Source: Octopus vulgaris (taxonomy: Eukaryota). Taken from it: DNA of 64,000 nt. The stretch lies in contig OX597826.1 of NCBI GenBank assembly GCA_951406725.2, positions 64,356,001 to 64,420,000 of the forward strand, in the 5' to 3' direction. A program made the translations under genes and the position numbers. Positions 54,573-64,000 of this stretch are shown here, one piece after another; positions within the stretch are counted from its first letter, which is position 1; each line of letters begins with the position of its first letter. Under the pieces are notes generated by a model. The model did no database searches and had not been told where the DNA came from. It worked only from the letters and a program-made list of their open reading frames with translations.

Positions 54573-56076
54573 GAGAGAGAGAAAGAAGAGGTGGAGAGAG
54601 ATAGAATAAAGAGAGAAAAGCATATACCTCCTACATTCACAATGAATATAACGTGACTATTGATTAAGCGAATTCCATTACTACAAGAACCAAAAACCAA
54701 CAACCACTACAAGCATCACCATCACCTCCACTACCACCACCATCATCATCATCATCAACACCTAACCCTACCTAACACTGCCAGCCGGCCAACCATTCCA
54801 TTTATTTGGATTCCTCTTTGTTTCATTGTAATTCACCTTGGCTGGAATAATAATGTACAATCAACAGTTTTTAATGCGTTTTCATGAGAGGTCTGAGTAA
54901 AGTTATTTAAGTTAGCCAGCCAGCATTTTCCTGCCCTCTTCACTCACTCACTCACTCTCCTGTCTCTTTCTCTTCCTTTCTCCATTCCTACGTCTGATCA
55001 GCCTCATTAAGTCTAATGAGAATCACAGACAGGTTGAAGAGTGAGCAACATCTCAGAGGTTGATAAGTGGGTAGAGGTCATGTTTATCTCCTGCACAAAT
55101 GTGAGTACCCTGTCTGGCTATGCCATAACTCTGCACGTTGAAAAAAGATAGCTAAAACGGTTGGCATCAAGGAAGATGCCCAGCCATAAAACACTGTACA
55201 ACTCATACCAACTAGAAAAAAGTGAAATGATGATGATGATGATAATGATGATGATGATGATGATGGTGCTGATGATGACGACTTAGATGTGTACTTTGTC
55301 CATGGCTAAATCACTGAACTGTATTATATCCATAGTTAAGTCACTTAAAGACTGTACTCTGTCTATGGCTAAATACTTGAGAGCCGTACTCCACCCATGG
55401 TCAAGTTAAGTCATTAGATACCAGCTTTTCTGAATTAAACAAATGAGGGTGCCTCTCTATGGTTGCTCTACATGCTGGAAATTAACCAACCGTGCAACCT
55501 GCAGGTATATCTCCCTCAAATCACAACTTACTACCTTAAAATGAAGTCTAGGAGATAGTTATATCTATAGATATAACTATCCCAATGGAGATGGGATAGT
55601 TGTATCAAGAATAATCATTTATCTTTTGTCTACTCAAACAGGGTTCACCTGGAGCTAAAGCACTGTTATCAAAACAGGCTGAATGTCCAGTCAGCTGTGC
55701 CAAATAATCTCACTCCAATCAGAGCCAACCTCTTACACAATGATCAAGGCCAACACTTCACAAAATGGTTGGACAAATAACTAACACAAGCGGTCAGGAA
55801 CAACTCTACACAATAGTTAGTGTCAACAACTTGTATGAAAAGACTGATATGGGAAATTGGAAAAAAGGTGTCATGTTTTGAGAAACATAAGAAAAGGTTA
55901 GAAGAAAAAATGTTAAGGTGAGAATAAGGAGTGTTGTATAATTCTTTTCAGAACAACAGATAAGTGTGTGTATATATGTATGTATGCATACATGATTTTA
56001 TATGAGAAAACATCAAAATTTTAAATATGCACTTGTGGGAAAGACTAGAGGACATAGGATATTGTACATGTGATTA

Positions 56077-56160
<84 letters not shown>

Positions 56161-56208
56161 TATATACATATACATATATACATATATATATACATATATA
56201 TATACATA

Positions 56209-57730
56209 TAGCACTGACCTCCGAAAATCTGCAGAAAACAACTTCTGTCACTTTCCGGGGGAAAAACTAGAAGTAGTTGATAGTTTCCGCTATCTAGGTG
56301 ACCAAGTCAGTAGTGGGGGTGGGTGCGCTGAAAGTGTAACTGCTAGAATAAGAATAGCCTGGGCAAAGTTTAGGGAGCTCTTACCTCTGCTGGTGACTAA
56401 AGGCCTCTCGCTCAGAGTAAAAGGCAGACTGTATGATGCATGTGTACGAACAGCTATGCTACATGGCAGTGAAACATGGGCCGTGACTGCTGAGGACATG
56501 CGTAAGCTTGTGAGGAACGAAGCCAGTATGCTCCGATGGATGTGTAATGTCAGTGTACTTACTCGACAGAGCGTTAGTACCTTGAGAGAAATGTTGTACC
56601 TAAGAAGCATCAGTTGTTGTGTGCAAGAGAGACGATTGCGCTGGTATGGTCATGTGGCGAGAATGGATGAAGAGAGGTGTGTGAGAAAGTGCCAATCCCT
56701 AGCAGTTGAGGGAACCCGTGGAAGAGGTAGACCCAGGAAAACCTGGGACGAGGTGGTGAAGCACGACCTTCGGACGTTAGGTCTCACCATGGAAATGACT
56801 AGAGACCGAGACCTATGGAAGTATGCTGTGCGTGAGAAGACCCGGCAAGACTAGTGAAGCCATAATCCGTGGCCCCTACCTGGGACGTAGTCAGTCCACC
56901 TGTGCATACCTTCCTTCTTGTGACACTTGTGAAGACCTGTTGAGGCAAGTGAGAATCGAATCGTATCAAATCAAATCGAACCAAATCAAAATAGATGAAC
57001 ATCAATGGAATTTGTATCCTTGTGGTTAGTAAGTGCCGGTGGCACATAAGAAAACCATCCGAACGGGACCGTAGCCAGTACCGCAATGACTGGCCTCCGT
57101 GCTGAGGGCACGTAACAAACACCATCCGAGCGTGGCCGTCCGCCAGCCTCGTCTAGCACCTGTGTCGGTGACACATAAGAAAACACCATCCGAGCGTGGC
57201 CGTCTGCCAGCCTCGTCTGGCACCTGTGTCGGTGGCACATAAAAAACACCATCCGAGCGTGGCCGTCTGCCAGCCTCGTCTGGCACCTGTGTCGGTGGCA
57301 CATAAAAACACCATCCGAGCGTGGCCGTCTGCCAGCCTCGTCTGGCACCTGTGTCGGTGGCACATAAAAAACACCATCCGAGCGTGGCCATCTGCCAGCC
57401 TCGTCTGGCACCTGTGTCGGTGGCACATAAAAAACACCATCCGAGCGTGGCCGTCTGCCAGCCTCGTCTGGCACCTGTGTCGGTGGCACATAAAAAACAC
57501 CATCCGAGCGTGGCCGTCTGCCAGCCTCGTCTGGCACCTGTGTCGGTGGCACATAAAATCACCCACTACACTCTCGGAGTGGTTGGCGTTAGGAAGGGCA
57601 TCCAGCTGTAGAAACACTGCCACATCTGACTGGCCTGGTGCAGCCTTCAGGCTTCCCAGACCCCAGTTGAACCGTCCAACCCATGCTAGCATGGAAAGCG
57701 GACGTTAAACGATGATGATGATGATGATGA
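56209..57730 (+). mobile_element. 5'-truncated RTE-clade LINE: RT C-terminus (stop at 56854), 3' UTR with tandem array, (GAT)n tail
   Basis: EVVDSFRYLG...RIRIAWAKFRELLPLL...KGRLYDACVRTAMLHGSETW...RRLRWYGHVARM...GRGRPRKTW is typical of RTE; flanked by (TA)n on both sides. Confidence 0.95.
57117..57558 (+). repeat. Seven near-identical 62-64-bp GC-rich tandem repeats in the RTE 3' UTR
   Basis: ccatccgagc recurs at 57122, 57186, 57249, 57311, 57374, 57437 and 57500. Confidence 0.95.
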
Positions 57731-58774
57731 TCTATATATATATATATATACATATATATCTATATCATCATCATCATTTACCATCCTTCTTCCATTTTAG
57801 CATGGGTCAAACATTTTAGCATGGTCTGACAGCTGAAAGCCAGAGAGCTGCACCAAGCTCCATTGTCTGCCCTGGCATGGTTTCTATGGTTGGATGCCCT
57901 TCTTAATGCCAACCACTTTATAGAGTTTTATGTGGCACCAGTACCAGTAGGGTTGCCATGTAACTTCCAAGACAAAGAGCTCTTGGCTGAGAGAAGTAGT
58001 GTTGCTGAGGGAGGTGACTTTGTGCCAGTTGAGTGGTTAAAGTATATATACATATGTATGTTAGTTACTAAAACACACATACACAGAATATTCTGCAACA
58101 ACTTTCAACAGGGCAATGTTTAAGTGGTTGACTGGTCTGCTAGAAATACTAGCCAAATATCCCACAAATCAAACTCAATAAGTAAAAGGCACATTATATA
58201 TCTTCTCAGACACGATATCAAAAGAGTGAAATAATAGATAAATTAATAAAGGGTGCTCATGGCTGGAAAACCTTTGATTATTGGTTTCTTTCAGAACCAA
58301 ACATCAACAACCTAATATGTATCATCAGCTGATTGCACAGAAATGAGTCTTCTAGTTTTCATATCTTGATTGACCACAGCTAGAAATTGCAGGAGAACAT
58401 GAGTGCAGTAACTCAATTGGGAATTGAAACCATTTAGCAGATCCATCTAGCTGGCAACCTACCACTGATTCTATTATGCATGCAAATATAACACACATAC
58501 ACACACGCTGAACAGGTTTCTGCTGCTCTGGTGGAAGAAGTGATAAGGGATGTATGTCAATAGAATTGATATAAAAAGTAGGGAAGATCAAAAGGAAAGA
58601 ATTTACTTTTATTTGAGTAACTCAATAATGCTTTCCTACGCCAGCATGGAAATCAGACATATGATGATGATGATATATACACACATATATAACATACAAT
58701 AAGTGTACTAAGTACTACTTCTGCTAAGACAGAACTCAATACAATTGTAAACTATTGTGTGGGCATTAGAAGAT

Positions 58775-58819
<45 letters not shown>

Positions 58820-59222
58820 TACACGTACACGTGTGTGTAAAGATTCTTAGGTTTGTTAGTAAAAAAAAACATTGTATTGTACAGAAAGGTATTTACATAA
58901 TGTCAATTTTATATTATATATACGCTAATAAGGATACAAATACAGACATGCAAACAGTCACATGCACACACATCTGTAATTAATAGAGGGAGTGAGTCAT
59001 AATTTTTACCATTGATATTTATCATTTCATCATTATAATCTGGGCCTGATGATAATGATGACAATCATGATGCAAACCAAACTCTGAGATAGCCCTCTCT
59101 TGTCATTCAAAAGTTGATGTTTATAGATAGATTTCTATATGTTTGCTAAAACTTTGAGTCGTTCATAGATTTCTATATTTTAGCTACATTGAGATATTTA
59201 TAGAGATTTCTATTGTTTTGCT

Positions 59223-59468
59223 GTGGAGGCACTTGGCTTAGTTGTTAGGGTGTCAGCACCATGATCGTAAGATTGTGGTTTCGATTCTTAGACCGGGCGA
59301 TGCATTGTATTCTTGAGCAAAACACTTCATTTCACGTTACTCCAGTCCACTCAGCTGGCAAAAATGAGTAACGCTGCGATGGACTGGCGACCCGTCCAGC
59401 TGGGGAACACATAAGCCATAGAAACTGGGAAACCAGGCCCATGAGCCTGGCTAGGCTTTAAAAGGGCT
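59223..59468 (+). mobile_element. SINE family C variant
   Basis: Reverse-complement match to 43408-43642; flanks similar (ttctattgttttgct / ttcattgttttact). Confidence 0.85.
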
Positions 59469-60894
59469 CTATTTTTTTTATTCATTGTTTTACTAAAACT
59501 TTATCTTAGCTATGCTCTGTCTAACCTAAATTTTTCTGGATAGTGATGATAATAATAAAAAAGAATAATAATAATAAAAGGGCCTACAATAACAATACTA
59601 TAACAATTACTTTTATTATTGCCACAAGGGCAAAGATGAAAAATATTACAAAGCACAAAAGGTTACATAAAATGAGGAAATATAAAAACAAGTCCAAAGA
59701 GTTGGTTTCTTTATATTCCTGTGACTTAACAGTTCAGCAAAAAGAAACCAACAGAATAAGTATCAAGAATTAAGAAAATAAGTACTAGGGCCTAGTTGTT
59801 CAACTAAACCCCTCAAGGCAGAACCCCAGCATGGCCACAGTCTAATGACTGAAAGGTATATGTGTGTGTGTGTTTGTGTTTGCCCTCCCCACTCACTGCT
59901 TGACAACTGGTGTTGGTTTGTCTATGTCCCCATAACTTAGTAATTCATAAAAAAAAAGTGACCAATAGAATAAGTAGCAGATTTTACAAAAAAAGTATTG
60001 GGCTTGGTTTGTTCAACTAATCCCTTTAAAGCAGTGCCTTCGCCTGGCCACAGTCCAATGGGTCAAGCAAGTAAAAGACAGGTAATAAATAAGTAAATAA
60101 ATAAATAAAGAAACAAACAAACAAACAAACCCAGACTGGACTGAATTAGACTTAATTTAAATAATTTCAAACCAACGCCAGAATTAGTTTTAACTAAAAA
60201 TAATTAAATCTTCGCTAATTATTTAATTTGAGAACAGTTACCTTTGTTTCTTCATATGCAGAACCCTATTTCAATTAACCTGATACTAAATTAATTAATT
60301 ACATAATTAATTAACAGCTATTTTAAACTTATATATAAACTCTGTTTTTGTTTGTGTGATATTTAATACATAAAGTGCTTCATATGTGTGGAATGAACAA
60401 ACAACTTAGAAAGCCATTGAATCCAATTATAGACACTTAAAGCGTTGATGTTATCTCATTTTATTTTACTACTTATTTGCTATTTACTGTTTTATCTACA
60501 ATCTTTTCTGTTTAACATTTTAGCTTTAGCAAGCCAAATTTTCAAATGATGTATCATGTTTCCTGTATCATACAGTGACAGGACAAAATTAGGAATCATT
60601 TTATTTTGAGAAAATTGCATCGGTCACTAGTCTTATTGCCAACATTGGGCACTTCTCTGGTGGTCTTGCTATGCTATAAATGGCACAAGAATATTCAGTA
60701 ATTCACTTATTCATTCATCCATGTCTTGTAATTCCATTACAACATTTTTTGTTATTTTATATAAATCATAAAAATAAAAATGTATTTAGTTAATCTGAAT
60801 AAAAAGAGCTGTGCATTTATAATAATGGCTTCTACTTTAGGCACCAGGCCAGCTGTTCTGAGGGGAGAGGTAAGAGAATGACATTGATCCCAGC

Positions 60895-61600
60895 ACTTTT
60901 TCTATTGGTCTCTTTTGCCTAACTGCTAAGTTTCAGGGATGTAAACACACCAATATCAATCATATTTTTTTTACGGTAAACCGTGTTGATTCTACAATTC
61001 TGTAAATAACAATATTTTATAAGCTTAAAGGACTACACAGCCACAGCAAGAAATGTATCAGGAAATAAAATATAACAGCCGGACTAGACCTAGGAAAAAA
61101 AAAAAAAAAAAAATGCGCAACTCCATTGTCTCCCGAGACAGAAAGGATGCCAATACAATACAATATATATATATATATATAAATATCAAAGGGTAATTAG
61201 AAATATTTGAAATTTGCATTACCAGTGGCCTAGCGTGTAAAAATTTAGTCAGTAGACTATATATTATTCACACAAATACAGTGTACATTTAAACACACAA
61301 GAGGCACCCATCATAGGATTCCTTGCACGCTAGAGAGGATAGTTAAATGTACACTGTATTTGTGTGTGTATGAGTATATATATATATATATATATATATA
61401 CTGTTCTGTGATAGAAAATTCAACAAAAAGAAATACTTCATCTGGTGAGAGATAAATATATATAATGGGCTTCTTTCAGTTTCTGTCTATCAAATCACAT
61501 GGCAATAGTAGAAGACGTTTGCCCAAAGTGCCACACAGTGGGACTGAACCCCAACCATGTTTTTGGGAAGCAAACTCCTTACTTCACAACCACACCTGAA
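60895..61600 (-). mobile_element. SINE family A interrupted by about 500 bp of unrelated inserts (60960-61465)
   Basis: Family A body at 60895-60960 and head at 61466-61600. Confidence 0.7.
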
Positions 61601-62018
61601 CCAATATATATATACTATTTTATTAAAGCCAAAAGGAAAAGAAAATTCACAAATTTACAGGGTGCTCTGTACTATCACAATTGTCTCATGGATGGTCACA
61701 CAAAACTGAGTAATAGTTTGTGAAGTATCTTTTTGGTTTTAATATAATTTTGCTTTACCTGTAGTCATTGATTAATATTTTTTTCACCTTGTTTTACACC
61801 TATGTGCTTATTTGTGTGTGTGTTTTGAGTATGTAATATTTGTCCAACCCATACTGGCATGGAGAATGGTAGTTAAATGATGATGATATATATATACATA
61901 CAAACGTTACAAAGTGGCTATAATCATATGGAAGTCATATGGAAAAATACATCCATATTCACCTTGCACATCTCCTGACTTTATGCTTTATATATATATA
62001 TATATATATATATATTAT

Positions 62019-62410
62019 CGGCACAGGAGTGGCTGTGTGGTAAGTAGCTTGCTTACCAGCCACATGATTCCGAGTTCATTCCCACTGCATGGCACCTTGG
62101 GCAAGTGTCTTCTACTATAGCCTCGGGCCGACCAAAGCCTTGTGAGTGGCTTTGATAGATGGAAACTGAAAGAAGCCTGTTGTATATATGTATATATATA
62201 TATGTATGCGTGTGTATATGTCTGTGCTTGTACCCCAACATCACTTGATAACCAATGTTGGTGTGTTTACGTCCCTGTAACTTCGCAGTTTGGCAAAAGA
62301 GACCGATGGAATAAGTACTAGGCTTACAAAGAATAAGTCCTGGAGTCATTTGCTCAACTAAAAGCGGTGCTCCAGCAGGGCCGCAGTCAGATGACTGAAA
62401 CAAGTAAAAA
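62019..62410 (+). mobile_element. SINE family A, full length
   Basis: Consensus-like. Confidence 0.9.
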
Positions 62411-64000
62411 AAGTTAAAAAAGAAAGTATATATATAGTTATGGAGTATTCTGTTAAGAACGTAGTAGAGTACAGTATAAAGCTTGTCCACCATCAGATTT
62501 TACCCTGTGCTAACCAGTAGTTAGTTTATACATACTTCCAGGTTTGCATTTGGGCATCTGTCATATGTGAATAGATATTTGAAAAAAATTGGAGTCAACA
62601 AGAAGGAATACGGTTGGACATTTATTTTCAATGACTACAATTGTTTCTATGCTGTGAAGTTATCTAGGCATGCAGGTACTTAATTATTCAACCACTCCCT
62701 GCATTATGAGATCTAGTTGGATTTTCTCATGTAATATGTTAATATTGTCTCCATAAGTTCAAATTCTCAGCTTCAAAAGCATCCTTTCTATCTGTTGTGG
62801 CCTGAAGTTGGTAGCAGCCACTTCTCAATTAAAAAAGAAGAAAGGGGATGGGATTGATGGATAGGCAGACAGATATAGACATAAGTGTAGGCATGACTGC
62901 ATGGTTAAGATGCTCATTGTGTAACCAAGCGGTTTTGGGTCCTGTCCCACTGTGAGGTACTTACGGTAAGTATTCTACTATATCTTCTGAGCAAACCGAA
63001 GTCATATGAGTGAATCTGGTCGATAGAAACTATTGACAAGCATTGAACTTAAATTTACAGATCTATGAGTCAAACTATTAATGTGCGAAAGCATACGCCC
63101 ACACACACATATATATATAAAGTGTGTGCATGGTATATATCTTTTTGTTGGTTTGAGCAGTTAGACTGACTGGTCATTCAGGGTGTTGCTGCCTTTAAGA
63201 GTATAATCAATTCTATCGACTCTAGTACTTTTTTTGTTGAACGGAGAAGGATCAAAGGAAGACATGTAACCAATGAGGAATTTGAAAATAGAAAATGAAA
63301 GGATGCTATCAAATCAATTTTGCCAGCCACCTCTCATCGCTTTATATACATACACACATACAATACACAAACATGTGTCTATGTTTTCGTTTCTCATTGT
63401 GTTCGACGTCTTTTTGGTGTACTGTACTCATATATGCGTGTATATGTACATGTAGAGGTAGGTACGTACATATATGTTTATATATATGCATATGTTTTAT
63501 TTATTAATATATATATATATAGATTGATATAAGAAAATATACCAAAGCATCTATATCTAAATCAATACGCATGTGTATGTACATGTGTGTGTATGAGTGT
63601 GTGTGTGTATGAGTGTGTGTGTATAAGTGTGTGTGTGTATAAGTGTGTGTGTGTATAAGTGTGTGTGTGTGTGTGTATAAGTGTGTGTGTGTGTGTGTAT
63701 GAGTGTGTGTATCACCACATTCTTTGATGTTAGCACAATAAGATGCTCTATTTATTGAAGTAACTTTTTTTTGAATAGCTAAATACTCTCTGTACCTGCT
63801 GCTAATCACCAAACAATGCAGTAAGTAAAGTTTGAAAGTGTAATCCTAGACATACAAAAAGACAGGAATCCACAACTGGAATGTCTTTAGGTCAAAGATA
63901 AATCAGTTTGGCAGCCAACAAAGGTAGTAGCTCTCTGAACTTTCTCCATCCTATTCATATTATAGAAACAATACTTTCAGAGCATCCAACCCCACTGCTA

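Noticed and set aside
56027-56208. N-terminus of the 275-aa ORF
   Set aside because: Read-through of flank and microsatellite; RTE homology starts only after about 56210.
57117-57558. Hammerhead in the 63-bp unit (CAGACGAG on the minus strand)
   Set aside because: The core is not CUGANGA and no GAAA follows the putative stem II.
56986-57708. 170-188-aa repetitive ORFs on both strands; possible CRISPR-like array
   Set aside because: Products of the stop-poor 63-bp tandem repeat; no unique spacers, no cas genes, eukaryotic context.
60242-60279. 38-nt exon-like segment containing ATG AAG AAA CAA AG|GTAAC
   Set aside because: Ends in phase 2 and cannot join the phase-1 PH exon directly.

Overview
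AT-rich, microsatellite- and SINE-saturated animal genomic DNA. The repeat families and composition suggest an octopus (coleoid cephalopod); this is inference. Nearly all listed ORFs are microsatellite or SINE artefacts. The real host gene is on the minus strand: five exons (34190-34342, 28442-28512, 23968-24119, 22115-22244, 20502-20620) splice in frame into about 208 aa of PH domain plus EF-hands of a phosphoinositide phospholipase C (PLC-delta-like). The intron between the PH and EF exons is a minor-spliceosome (U12) AT-AC intron (ATATCCTTT donor, TTCCTTAAC branch site, AC acceptor). The start exon and the catalytic X/Y and C2 exons were not identified. The introns hold several tRNA-derived SINE families, a 5'-truncated RTE LINE with a 63-bp tandem array, and mariner, pogo-like, hAT, Helitron and R4-like remnants, several of them nested. 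There are also two long near-perfect inverted repeats and three degenerate or partial minimal hammerhead-ribozyme motifs of the Penelope-like type.
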